From NCBI GenBank assembly GCA_965203485.1, contig OZ241892.1:1504001-1568000 (forward strand): DNA of 64,000 nt, read 5' to 3'. Of this stretch, positions 32,310 to 42,184 are shown one piece after another. The notes under the pieces are model-generated. The model ran no database searches. It saw only the letters and a program-made list of their open reading frames with translations, and had not been told where the DNA came from. Numbering within the stretch: position 1 is the first letter of the stretch; every line of letters begins with the position of its first letter. A program made the position numbers and the translations under genes. This DNA is from Longimicrobiales bacterium. Its GTDB lineage: Bacteria; Gemmatimonadota; Gemmatimonadetes; Longimicrobiales; Gaopeijiaceae.

Positions 32310-33790
32310 TCCTTGTCTCCGCCTTCCGCACCGACGGCCTTCCGCGCGTCCACCAGGGGCACGGTCCCGGCGGCTTCGTCGAGCCGCGCGCCGGCCGCCA
32401 AGTAGTCGTAGACCGCCTGGGCGTAGTTGAACTGGCTCTGTCGCAACGCCACCTCGGCGTCCGTGAGCTCCAGCTGGCCGCTGACCCCCTCGCGGTACTG
32501 CATGCGCGCGATCTCGTAGCCGCGTTGCGCCTGCGACACCGCCAACCGCTGGGCCGCCGCTCGCGCGCGCGCCTCTTGCATCTCGTCGGCCAAGTTCCGC
32601 AACTGCGCGTCGGCCTGGTTCGCCGCCAGGCTTCTCCGCGCTTCGGCCTGCCGGAGGGCGGCGCGCCGTTGGCCGATCCTCGCCTGGCGGCTGAATCCCG
32701 AGAAGACCGGGAAGCTCACGCGAAGGCCGACCTGCTTGGTCGTGCCCCGTTGCGACGCGTCGGCGAAGAAGTCCGGCGGGCCGTTCTGCTGGGCCGCCAG
32801 CCCGTAGGTCCCGAACGCCACGACCGTGGGCAGGTACCCGACCTGCTCGATGCGCAGCTCCGCCTGCCTCAGGTCCTCGGTGATCTCCAGCTGGCGGACG
32901 TCCGACCGCCGCTCGGCGCCGCCCTCGATCAAGCGGCGTACCGCCGCGCCGCTGGCCAGCAACGTCCCCGAGAACTCGAGAATGTCCCGGTTCGCCTCCG
33001 TGTTGCTCGCGACGTCGTCCAGGTCGAGAAGCGCCAGCTCGCCGGCTACCGCGATCTCGCCGCCGGGACCGACGTCGAGTTCGGCCCCGAGGTCCCGGGC
33101 GAACGCGACTTGCCGGTTACGGGCGCGCCTGAGGTCCGGCTCCAGGTTGGCGAGCTCGACTTCCAGCCGAAGCACGTCGTAGGAGTCGGCGAGGCCGGCC
33201 TCGTGCATCGCCGAGGTCTCGTCCAGCGACAGCCGGACGCGCTCCACCGATTCCTCCAGCAACCGGGCCTCTTCTTGGGCCAGCAACAAGTCGTAAAAGG
33301 CGATCCGCACGCGCGTCACCGTCCCCTGGGTGCGTCCGCGCAGAACTTCGCGCTGGAGCCCGCGATACTTCGACGCCACGCCCAAGCCGACCATCACGCT
33401 CGGCTCCAGGATGCGCTGCTCCGCGTTGATCGACAGATTCCAGATGTTGTCCGCGCCGAACTGGACTGGGATGAACTCGCCTTCCGCCGCGTTCGGATCG
33501 AAGATCTGGGCGGGCAGAAAGCTCACCTGCGGAGCGACGTTGCGCGTGTAGGAACTCGACAGGTCGATGCTCGGGTAGAACGTGCTCCACGTCTCGGCGA
33601 GCTGCTTGTCGGCGAGGGCGACCTCCTGGGCCGCATCGACGATGTCGAGATTGCGGTCCAGCGCAACGCGCACGGCGGCGCTCAGGAGCAACGGAGCGCT
33701 GAAGCTCTCCGCGGGCGGGGCCGTGGTCTGGCGCTCCGCGGCGAACGCAGCGCCCGGGAGCGTCGCGGCCGCGAGGACGCCGGCAACCAT
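32306..33790 (-). CDS. TolC family outer membrane efflux protein
   Basis: YPSIDL, PVFSGF, YREGVSGQLELTDAE; start uncertain (33790 or 33913). Confidence 0.9.
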   Translation of the reverse strand: MVAGVLAAATLPGAAFAAERQTTAPPAESFSAPLLLSAAVRVALDRNLDIVDAAQEVALADKQLAETWSTFYPSIDLSSSYTRNVAPQVSFLPAQIFDPNAAEGEFIPVQFGADNIWNLSINAEQRILEPSVMVGLGVASKYRGLQREVLRGRTQGTVTRVRIAFYDLLLAQEEARLLEESVERVRLSLDETSAMHEAGLADSYDVLRLEVELANLEPDLRRARNRQVAFARDLGAELDVGPGGEIAVAGELALLDLDDVASNTEANRDILEFSGTLLASGAAVRRLIEGGAERRSDVRQLEITEDLRQAELRIEQVGYLPTVVAFGTYGLAAQQNGPPDFFADASQRGTTKQVGLRVSFPVFSGFSRQARIGQRRAALRQAEARRSLAANQADAQLRNLADEMQEARARAAAQRLAVSQAQRGYEIARMQYREGVSGQLELTDAEVALRQSQFNYAQAVYDYLAAGARLDEAAGTVPLVDARKAVGAEGGDKE

Positions 33791-34279
33791 CGCGTGCGCG
33801 CCGCGGCGGGCCGCAACCGGGGACGCGTTCGCGGGCAACGGGCGAGAGCCGCGCGCGGCGGGCTCGCCGGTCCGGTCCGGTCTCATGCCCGGTCCCGATC
33901 TTCTTCTGGACATTGCTCTAGCGCTCGATCTCCTTGGCCCGGGGAGGCGCCGCGGGCCAGCGCGTCTCCGAAACAGGCTACGAAGGAAGGACTTGGCTGG
34001 ATTCGCGGCGGCCGGTCTCGGCGGGTCGTCGAGCCGCTCCACGTCGCCAGCCGCCGCCGAAATGTACTCTCGCCGACAAATCTACCCGCGTTCGCGCCGC
34101 TTCGACCCGTGCAGACCAGTACGGTCCCGCCCGGTCCGCCGATCGCCGTTCCCGACCAGCGAGAACCGCCGGCGTGGGCGCTGCGTCCGCGCCGCGAACG
34201 GCGACGTGGGCGCGCCGGTCGAAACCCGTTCGACCCTGCGCCCGCCGCCGGGCCCGGAGGGCGCCGCTCGGCCCCGCGC

Positions 34280-34308
34280 TTGACTTGGGCCGCCCGCCGA
34301 CATAAACT
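34280..34308 (+). promoter_or_regulatory. sigma70-type promoter of the cold-shock gene
   Basis: TTGACT, 17 nt, TAAACT; about 80-nt leader and AAGGAG SD. Confidence 0.7.
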
Positions 34309-34393
34309 CCAAGCATCATTACCATTCGGTGGCGCCGGGCGGGGTTCGCGCGGCGGATGCCGAAGCAACGTCAGGTGACTGAAGGAGCACAGG

Positions 34394-34618
34394 ATGCGGA
34401 CCACGGGAACCGTCAAATGGTTCAACGATGCCAAGGGTTTCGGGTTTATCAGCCCGGAGGCCGGCGAACGGGACTGTTTCGTCCACTACTCGGCCATCGA
34501 GGGAGATGGCTTCAAGAGCTTGGCCAACGGAGAGCAGGTCGAGTTCGACATGGTCGACGGTCCGAAGGGGCCGTCCGCCGAGAACGTGACCCGCGTCGGG
34601 GGAGGCGATCTAGGGTAG
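34394..34618 (+). CDS. cspA: Cold-shock protein (CspA family)
   Basis: [15 protein letters not shown]...DCFVHYSAI...[10 protein letters not shown]. Confidence 0.95.
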   Translation: MRTTGTVKWFNDAKGFGFISPEAGERDCFVHYSAIEGDGFKSLANGEQVEFDMVDGPKGPSAENVTRVGGGDLG

Positions 34619-34749
34619 GGGTAGACCGGCAGGCGTCCGCCGCGAGCAGCGCCGGGGCGGACGCGGAGCACAAGGGGCGGGGTCGGCGTTTCCGGCGACG
34701 GGACGACGGCCCCGCTTCGCATTTCGGGGGCGGACGGCGCGAAGCCCCG

Positions 34750-35265
34750 TCAGGAAAGCAACGCCGCATGCCAGCGTTCCGCGGCCGGGCCCTCCCATCG
34801 CCCGGCGCGCAGTTCGGCCATGCGGCCGATCGCGTTGTCGAACACGATCGATGCGCCGCCGACCCGGCCAGCGCGCGCCTCGCGGCGAAACGCGGCGCGG
34901 CTCGCCTGGACGACCTCGCCCTGTTCGTCGCGATACCACACGGCCTCGTTGCCGAGCAGGCGCGCGCCCGCCGCCTCGGCCAGCGCGCGCACGGCGCGCA
35001 CTAGCGCGTCGATCGAGCAACCGGACGCGGAGGCCGCCGCCTCGTCCGCGCCAACCACGAGGAAGCGCCCGTAGCGCAACGACCGAGCGGCCCGCAGCGG
35101 GGTCCCGTGCGCCGCCCAGCCGTCGAGGAACTCGTCCACTCCATGCAGGAAGCGTTCGGCGGCGGCGGCCGCAAGCGCCGGGGTCATCCCGAAGATCCAG
35201 ATCCGGGCGCTGTCCGGCAGGCCGTCGAGCCCGAGTCCGTCCCCGTCGCGCGTCCGCGGCTTCAA
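34750..35265 (-). CDS. Conserved hypothetical protein
   Basis: LPDSARIWIF...W.AHG...ASGCSID motif; TTG start overlapping upstream TGA. Confidence 0.7.
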   Translation of the reverse strand: MKPRTRDGDGLGLDGLPDSARIWIFGMTPALAAAAAERFLHGVDEFLDGWAAHGTPLRAARSLRYGRFLVVGADEAAASASGCSIDALVRAVRALAEAAGARLLGNEAVWYRDEQGEVVQASRAAFRREARAGRVGGASIVFDNAIGRMAELRAGRWEGPAAERWHAALLS

Positions 35266-36440
35266 GCCGGCGTCTCCCCGGCGCCCGGCGCAGTGCGCCC
35301 CTGCGTCGCCGTCGCGCCTCCGGCCGCGTCCGGCGGCGGCGCCTTGTCCAGCAGAACGGCCACCCACTTCAGGTCTTGCGTGTTCTCCAGCATGATCTTG
35401 ACGATCATCGTGAGAGGGACCGACAGCAGCGCGCCGATCGGGCCCCACAGCCATCCCCAGAAGATCAGGGAGAAGACCACGAACATGGTCGAAAGACCCA
35501 GGCTGCGTCCCATCAGAATCGGTTCCAGCCAGTTGCCCAGCACCACGTTGACCACCAAATAGCCCAAGCCCACGACAAGAGCCCCCTGCACGTCGAAGCC
35601 GGTCACGGCGTTGACCTCGAAGTCGAACTGCACCAGCGCGAGCGCCAGCGCGGGCAGAGACGCCAGTATCGAGCCGATCGTGGGCACGTAGTTCAGCCCA
35701 AACGCCACGAGGCCCAGCAGGATCGGCGACTCCACGCCCATCGCCCAGGTCCACGAGCCCAGCAAGACGCCCGTGGCCAAGCTCACCAGGGTCTTGATCA
35801 CCAAGTAGCGCTGCACTTCGCCGACGATCTTCTCCATCCGCGTGCCGGACCCCACGCCGCTGCCGCCGATGAGGCGCAACTTGCGCGGAAGCACGGCGGC
35901 TTCGCCGAGCGCGAACGCGAGGATGAGAAAGACCAGCAACGTCATCGACACGACCGACAGCGCCCATCGAAACGCCACGCCCGCCCACGACACCAGCACC
36001 GGAAAGTTGAGGAGGCCCATGACGTTGGCGCGCAGGTCGCCGAGGAGGCCCCAGCGTCCCTCGAGCCGCCCCAGCACGTCGTTCAGCTGGATCTGCAACG
36101 CCTCGGCGTACGCGGGTATGCGCGCCTGCAACTCCGAGAACTGCTGGACCGAGAGCACGACCAGCAGGCCGAAGACGCCGGCCACCACCACCACGGTGGC
36201 CAAGATCGCCAGGGACAGCGGGACGCGCTTCTTCGTCAGCCAGAGCACAATCGGCAGGCTGATCACGGCGAGGAACGCGGCGACGGCGAAGGGCAGCAGC
36301 ACCGGTTGCGTCAGGCGCATGCCGTGAATGAGGACGACGACGACGGCCAGCGTTAGGAGGAGCCGCAGGCCCGGCGTCTGTTCCAACCGGTCGAAGACCA
36401 TCGCGCCTGCGCGCGGAGACCGCTGGTCGCGCGAGGTCAC
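35262..36440 (-). CDS. AI-2E family transporter
   Basis: Multi-TM; LNYVPTIGS, GNWLEP, FWGWLWGPIGALLSVPLT. Confidence 0.92.
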   Translation of the reverse strand: MTSRDQRSPRAGAMVFDRLEQTPGLRLLLTLAVVVVLIHGMRLTQPVLLPFAVAAFLAVISLPIVLWLTKKRVPLSLAILATVVVVAGVFGLLVVLSVQQFSELQARIPAYAEALQIQLNDVLGRLEGRWGLLGDLRANVMGLLNFPVLVSWAGVAFRWALSVVSMTLLVFLILAFALGEAAVLPRKLRLIGGSGVGSGTRMEKIVGEVQRYLVIKTLVSLATGVLLGSWTWAMGVESPILLGLVAFGLNYVPTIGSILASLPALALALVQFDFEVNAVTGFDVQGALVVGLGYLVVNVVLGNWLEPILMGRSLGLSTMFVVFSLIFWGWLWGPIGALLSVPLTMIVKIMLENTQDLKWVAVLLDKAPPPDAAGGATATQGRTAPGAGETPA

Positions 36441-36449
36441 GGCCTGCGG

Positions 36450-37226
36450 CTAGCAGACGATGGGAACAAGGGACCGCGGCCGGGCGGCGGCGTTTTCCAC
36501 GTACGGGAGCGTGTAGACCCGTATCTGCGCGCAACCGCGAATCACTTCGATCCGGTATATCTCGGTCGTGGGAAGAGTCGCCAAGTCGCGCACGCCGCCG
36601 AACGCCGGGGCGTCGTCCACGTAGATGCGCGGGCGCTGCACGACCGATCCGCGCGTGCGGATGCAGTCGCGCGACCGGTTGAAGACGCCCGTGTTCGCGC
36701 CGGCCTCGAAGCACGGGACGAACTCGAAGCCCGGCTGGCTGGAGAGGAACGCCGCCACGTCGAGGTCGGGGGCCAGCTTGATCTCCTCTTCGGCGAAGGC
36801 GCGGGCCGAGTACGGCAGCTCGGCCAAGCGCTCGCCCAGGCGGTCCACGTACACGACGATTCCCTCCAGCAGAACCGGCTTCGGCACGACCGCCACCTCG
36901 ATGGTCTGCCCAGCCCGGATGTCGAGCACCTGGGCCAGGTCCACGTAGCCGAAGCGGGAGACCAGCACGTGGCTCGGACCCGGCGGCACGCCGGCGATCG
37001 CAAAGCGGCCCTCGTCGTCCGTCAGGCCCACGATCGCCGATCCGTCGCGCCGCAAGGTCTCCGTCAAGCGGACGACCGCGCCGACGACCGGCCGACCCGC
37101 GAACGTGTCGATCACGTGACCGCCGAACACGACGGGCTGGTCTGCCGCTTGGCCGCAGGCGGCCGGCGACGCCCCCGCCGCAAGCGCGAGGGGCGCCGCG
37201 AACCCGGCCAGAACCGCCCTCGTCAA
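36450..37226 (-). CDS. Secreted carboxypeptidase-regulatory-like domain protein with plug-like C-terminal domain
   Basis: GHVID...GRPVVGAVV...TDDEGRF.IAGVPPG...SRFGY; C-terminal IYVDD...IYRIEVIRG; TTG start overlapping TGA. Confidence 0.7.
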   Translation of the reverse strand: MTRAVLAGFAAPLALAAGASPAACGQAADQPVVFGGHVIDTFAGRPVVGAVVRLTETLRRDGSAIVGLTDDEGRFAIAGVPPGPSHVLVSRFGYVDLAQVLDIRAGQTIEVAVVPKPVLLEGIVVYVDRLGERLAELPYSARAFAEEEIKLAPDLDVAAFLSSQPGFEFVPCFEAGANTGVFNRSRDCIRTRGSVVQRPRIYVDDAPAFGGVRDLATLPTTEIYRIEVIRGCAQIRVYTLPYVENAAARPRSLVPIVC

Positions 37227-37693
37227 AGCGCCCTGACCGCCGCCTCGACGTCGTCGAAGGGCGGCAACGTTCCCGGATCGTCGCTCGTCCACGCGAAGGC
37301 CACCCGCCCGCCGCCGTCGACGACGAACGCCGACCGCTTGGCGACGCCCCGCAACCCGAAGAAGTCCTCCTCGAGCACGCCGTACGCGCGGGCCGCCTCC
37401 TTGTTGAAATCCGACAGCACCGGAAAGGGCACGCCCATCTCCTCGGCCCACTTCTGGTTGGCGAACGGCGAATCGACGCTCACGCCGAGAATCGCGGCCC
37501 CCAGCCCGCCCCACACGCTCCAGTTCTCGGCGACGCCGCAAAGCTCCTCGGTGCACGTGCCCGAGAACGCCAACGGGACGAAGAGGAGCACGACGGGCGC
37601 TCCCCGGTGCTCCGAGAGCGTGACCGGATCCTGGCTCAGCGCCCGCAACAAGCGAAAGTCCGGGGCCGGAGCCCCCACGGCGATCGTGGTCAT
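37223..37693 (-). CDS. Peroxiredoxin (AhpE/BCP-like)
   Basis: GAPAPDF, FVPLAFSGTCTEELC, GVSVDS, VLSDF, KRSAFVVD; CAGGAG SD. Confidence 0.9.
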   Translation of the reverse strand: MTTIAVGAPAPDFRLLRALSQDPVTLSEHRGAPVVLLFVPLAFSGTCTEELCGVAENWSVWGGLGAAILGVSVDSPFANQKWAEEMGVPFPVLSDFNKEAARAYGVLEEDFFGLRGVAKRSAFVVDGGGRVAFAWTSDDPGTLPPFDDVEAAVRAL

Positions 37694-38073
37694 CGTAGTC
37701 TCCTGGTCTCCGCGCCGACCGTTGGTTCGGGTTGCCTTGCGCGTCCCCGGGGGCGGGCCGTGGCATGGGCTTGGCTTCGCCGGCGCAACATGCCCGCGAG
37801 GACCAAAAAACGCGAGCCAGCAACGTTCGCCGGACCGGACGGCGCTCGCCTTGGGGGCGCTCGGACGGCTCGAATCTAACGGCGGGCCCGACTTGTCGGC
37901 CGAGAGCCGCTCGACGGACGGTTGCGGTAGACCGTTCCTTCGCCTGCGGCGGCCCTGGCCTGCCGGAGCCGACTTGCATACATTTGATTTGGCTCTCGGT
38001 TTCGCGAGGGCGCTTGGCCGCAACCGTCTCGCAACGAGGGGCCGGGCCGGTCTCCGTTGCGCGGAGGATGCCC

Positions 38074-40638
38074 ATGAAAAGACTGCTCCTCGCTTTCCTC
38101 GCCTCGGGAACGTTGCCGACTGGGGTCGCGTCGGTCTCATGGGCGGGAGACTTGCGGGCCGCCGCCTGGTCGGGGCGGGCCCACGGCGCGGTCTCTTCGA
38201 CGAATGGGCAGACGTCCGGGCTTGCGCGCCTGCCCCTCGGCGGCGGGACCGATGCTCCGGCCTCTCGGCTCGTCTTCGGCGACACGGTGCGGCGCGCGCT
38301 TGTGGACCCGAACGCGATCGTCGAGGAGTACTGCACGCGGTGCCACAACGAGCGGCGCCGCACCGGCAACCTCGTCTTGGAGGGCTTCGACGTCGCCGAA
38401 GCCGCCGAGATGCGGCCCGTCGTCGAGAAGATGATCCGCAAGTTGCGGGCCAGGATGATGCCGCCCGCGGGCGTCCGCAGGCCCGAGCCCAGCGTGATCG
38501 CAGGGATGGCCGCCGCCCTGGAGGACGAGATGGACCGGATCGCGGCCGCGGCGCCGAACCCCGGACGCCGAACCTTCCAGCGGCTCAACCGCGCCGAGTA
38601 CGCGAGCGCGGTCGAGGACCTCCTGGGCCTGGACGTGGACGTGGCCGCGTTTCTGCCCCTGGACACGAAGAGCGCCAACTTCGACAACATCGCCGACGTG
38701 CAGATGCCGTCGGCGACCGTCATGGAGGGCTACCTGCGCGCGGCCGGACACATCAGCCGGCTGGCGCTGGGCGATCCCGACGCCGAGCCCGCGTCGACGA
38801 TCTACCGAGCGCCGCGCGTGGCCTCGCAGAAGGACCGCGCCGAGGGCGCGCCGCTGGGGACGCGCGGCGGCCTTTCGGTCGTGCACACCTTCCCCGCCGA
38901 CGGCAAGTACGTCTTCCACGTCATGCCGTACGCGGCGGTCGAGGGCGAGGTCTTCGGGCGCACGTTCGGGACCGAGCAGATCGAGGTGTCGATCGACGGA
39001 GCGCGCGTCGCCCTGTTGACGATCGACCGCTGGATGTCGGAGGCCGAGCCCACGGGGCTCAACGTGCGCACCGACTCGATCCACGTGACCGCCGGCCCCA
39101 AGCGCGTTTCGGTGGCGTTCGTTCGCCAGTTCGAGGGCGAGGTGGACGACCTGATCCGGCCCATCGACCACACCTTGGCGGACGGGCAGATCGGCATCGG
39201 CCTGGGCGTGACCACGCAGCAGCACCTGCAGCGCGTCACGATCCTCGGCCCGTTCGCGGTGACGGGCGTGTCGGCGACTCCAACGCGCCGGGCGATCTTC
39301 AGCTGTCGTCCGACGGCGCCTGCCGAGGCGCGGCCGTGCGCGAGCGAGATCGTGGGCCGCCTCGCGGCGAAGGCGTACCGGCGGCCCGTCTCGGACGCGG
39401 ACGTCGAAGGACTGCTCGCGTTCTACGACCGCGGCGCGGAGGCCGGGGGCTTCGAGCGGGGCGTGCGCACGGCGTTGCAGGCCATCCTGGCCAGCCCGCA
39501 CTTCCTGTTCCGGCTCGAGCGCAGGCCCGGGAACGCGCCCGCGGGCGGCGTCTATCCGCTCGGCGGCGCGGACTTGGCCTCGCGGCTCTCCTTCTTCCTC
39601 TGGGGCTCTCCGCCCGACGACGAACTCGCGGCGGCGGCCGCCAGCGGCGCATTGTCCGACCCGGCGGAGCTGGCGGCGCAGGCCAAGCGCATGATCGCAG
39701 ACCCGAAGTCGCGCGCGCTGGCCACCCGGTTCGCGGCGCAGTGGCTCCGGCTTCAGGACCTGGAGAAGATCCATCCGGACGCGCTCTCGTATCCCTACTT
39801 CGACCAGACGCTCGCCGACGCCATGCACGGCGAGACCGAGGCCCTCTTTGCGCACTTGGTCGAAGAGGACCGCCCCGTGCACGAGCTGCTCCGCGCGGAC
39901 TACACCTTCGTCAACGAACGGCTGGCCCGGCACTACGGGATCAGCGGCGTGACCGGACACGAATTCCGCAAGGTCCCCTACCCCTCCGACGACCGCAGGG
40001 GCATCCTGGGGCACGGCAGCGTCCTGACGCTCACGTCGCATCCGGACCGCACGTCGCCCGTGCTCAGGGGCAAATGGGTGCTGGAAGTCCTGCTCGGCGC
40101 CCCTCCGCCTCCCCCGCCCCCGGACATTCCGGCCTTCGAGGAAACCGCGACGGCCGAGGAAGGCCGCTTTCTCACGGTGCGCGAGCGCATGGAGGAACAC
40201 CGGGCCAACCCGCAGTGCCAGTCGTGCCACGACGTGATCGACCCGCTGGGACTCGCCCTGGAGAACTTCGACGTGACCGGGGCGTGGCGCACCCGCGACG
40301 GCGGCAACCCGGTGGATCCGGTGGGCGTCATGTACGACGGGACCGAGCTGGCGGGCCCCGAAGACCTTCGCGAGGCGCTGCTCGGTCTTTCCGAGGTCTA
40401 CTACCGGACGTTCACCGAGAACTTGATGGCCTACGCGTTGGGCCGCAGAATCGAACACTACGACATGCCGACGATCCGGCGGATCACGCGCCAAGCGGAA
40501 GCTCAGGACTACCGGATGTCGTCGTTCCTGCTAGGCGTAGTCGGAAGCCCCGCGTTTCGCACGACGCGAGCCGGCGCGGCAACCGAAGACGACCCCGAAG
40601 ACGACCCCGGACACGGCCCCGAGGCCGAACGCCACTAG
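38074..40638 (+). CDS. DUF1592-family (PSD-domain) cytochrome c protein
   Basis: Signal peptide, CTRCH and CQSCH heme motifs, RLNRAEY, LASRLSFFLW..PD, TSPVLRGKWV. Confidence 0.88.
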   Translation: MKRLLLAFLASGTLPTGVASVSWAGDLRAAAWSGRAHGAVSSTNGQTSGLARLPLGGGTDAPASRLVFGDTVRRALVDPNAIVEEYCTRCHNERRRTGNLVLEGFDVAEAAEMRPVVEKMIRKLRARMMPPAGVRRPEPSVIAGMAAALEDEMDRIAAAAPNPGRRTFQRLNRAEYASAVEDLLGLDVDVAAFLPLDTKSANFDNIADVQMPSATVMEGYLRAAGHISRLALGDPDAEPASTIYRAPRVASQKDRAEGAPLGTRGGLSVVHTFPADGKYVFHVMPYAAVEGEVFGRTFGTEQIEVSIDGARVALLTIDRWMSEAEPTGLNVRTDSIHVTAGPKRVSVAFVRQFEGEVDDLIRPIDHTLADGQIGIGLGVTTQQHLQRVTILGPFAVTGVSATPTRRAIFSCRPTAPAEARPCASEIVGRLAAKAYRRPVSDADVEGLLAFYDRGAEAGGFERGVRTALQAILASPHFLFRLERRPGNAPAGGVYPLGGADLASRLSFFLWGSPPDDELAAAAASGALSDPAELAAQAKRMIADPKSRALATRFAAQWLRLQDLEKIHPDALSYPYFDQTLADAMHGETEALFAHLVEEDRPVHELLRADYTFVNERLARHYGISGVTGHEFRKVPYPSDDRRGILGHGSVLTLTSHPDRTSPVLRGKWVLEVLLGAPPPPPPPDIPAFEETATAEEGRFLTVRERMEEHRANPQCQSCHDVIDPLGLALENFDVTGAWRTRDGGNPVDPVGVMYDGTELAGPEDLREALLGLSEVYYRTFTENLMAYALGRRIEHYDMPTIRRITRQAEAQDYRMSSFLLGVVGSPAFRTTRAGAATEDDPEDDPGHGPEAERH

Positions 40639-40670
40639 CAACGCAGGCACGAAAGCGAGGTCACGACCCG

Positions 40671-42059
40671 ATGAAGATCATCAGCGGAAGACACATCTCC
40701 CGCAGAGCCATGCTGAAGGGAACCGGAGCCGCGATCGGCCTCCCGCTGTTGGACGCCATGGTGCCCGCGGGCCGCCTTTGGGCCGCCACGCCCAACGGCA
40801 AGGCGGCCGACCGCACGCGCCTGATCTGCATCGAGCAGGTGCACGGGGCCGCCGGATGCAACGACTGGGGCGCGTCCCAGAACCTGTGGGCGCCCGCCGC
40901 GACGGGGCGCGACTTCGACCTGTCGCCGACCAGCTTGAAGCCGCTCGAGCCGTTCCGCGACTACCTGACGATCGTGAGCGACACGGACGCCCGCATGGCG
41001 GACGCATACGCGCCCAGCGAGATCGGGGGCGACCACTTCCGCACCAGCGCCGTCTTCCTGACGCAGGCGCGTCCGAAGCAGACGGAAGGATCGGACGTGC
41101 GCGTGGGCACGTCGATGGACCAGCTGTACGTGCAGCGCTTCGGCGCCGACACGCCGATCCCGTCGCTTCAGCTGTCCATCGAGAACGTGGATCAGGCCGG
41201 CGGTTGCGCGTACGGATACGCCTGCGTGTACACCGACACGATCAGCTGGTCGTCGCCGACGGAGCCGTTGCCCATGATCCGCGATCCGCGAGCGGTGTTC
41301 GAGCAGCTCTTTGGTGCGGGCGGAACACCGGAGCAGCGAGCGGAGCGCCTCGACACCGACCGCAGCATCCTGGACTGGGTCATGGACGAGATGTCGTCTC
41401 TCCGCCGCCAGCTCGACCCGGCGGACGCGCGTCGGCTCGACCAGTACGCCGACAACATTCGCGAACTCGAGCAGCGCATCCAGCGAATCGAAGCCCAGAA
41501 CTCCAGCGGCGAGGAGCGCCAGATTCCCGAAGCGCCCGTCGGCGTGCCGGACTCGTTCGAAGAGCACGTCAAGCTCATGTTCGATTTGCAGGTGCTGGCG
41601 TTCCAATCGGACACGACGAGAGTGTTCTCGCTCAAGCTGGGACGGGACGCTTCGCCGCGCGTCTACCCCGAGTCGGGCGTCGACACTCCGTTCCACGCCG
41701 CGTCGCACCACGGCGGGCGGGAGGAGCGCGTGCGCCAGTTCGCCAAGATCAACGAGTACCACGTGTCGATGATGCCCTACCTGCTCAAGAAGCTGCAGGA
41801 GGCGGACGAGGGCGAGGGCTCGTTGCTGGACAAGACCATGATCGTGTACGGCTCCGCCATGGCGGACAGCAACCTGCACAATCATGCGCGTTGCCCGCTG
41901 TTCCTGGTCGGCGGCGCGAACGGCGCCTTGGAAGGCGGACAGCACGTTCGGGCTCAACCGGGGACGCCGATGGCCAACGTGATGCTGAGCTTGTTGCACA
42001 AGCTCGGCGCCGACGACATCGAGAGCTTCGGAAACAGCAACGGACGCTTCGCCTTCTAG
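40671..42059 (+). CDS. DUF1552 (HXXSHH) protein, Tat substrate
   Basis: ISRRAMLKG Tat motif, LPLLDAM, FHAASHH, LLDKTMIVYGS, TPMANV. Confidence 0.88.
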   Translation: MKIISGRHISRRAMLKGTGAAIGLPLLDAMVPAGRLWAATPNGKAADRTRLICIEQVHGAAGCNDWGASQNLWAPAATGRDFDLSPTSLKPLEPFRDYLTIVSDTDARMADAYAPSEIGGDHFRTSAVFLTQARPKQTEGSDVRVGTSMDQLYVQRFGADTPIPSLQLSIENVDQAGGCAYGYACVYTDTISWSSPTEPLPMIRDPRAVFEQLFGAGGTPEQRAERLDTDRSILDWVMDEMSSLRRQLDPADARRLDQYADNIRELEQRIQRIEAQNSSGEERQIPEAPVGVPDSFEEHVKLMFDLQVLAFQSDTTRVFSLKLGRDASPRVYPESGVDTPFHAASHHGGREERVRQFAKINEYHVSMMPYLLKKLQEADEGEGSLLDKTMIVYGSAMADSNLHNHARCPLFLVGGANGALEGGQHVRAQPGTPMANVMLSLLHKLGADDIESFGNSNGRFAF

Positions 42060-42184
42060 CGGGAGCGGCCGTCCGGCGGCCCGGCTGGCGCGGGCGGACT
42101 TGCGGGAAGCGGCGGGAAAGAGGCGACCGCCTGGGTTGCCGGCCTGCGGGCCGGGCCGGGCGCCAGCACTTGGGGAGCAACGAC

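Noticed and set aside
40585..40626. 12-nt tandem repeat (EDDP-EDDP-GHGP) at the end of the DUF1592 gene
   Set aside because: Short, in-frame, in a disordered tail; no evident function.
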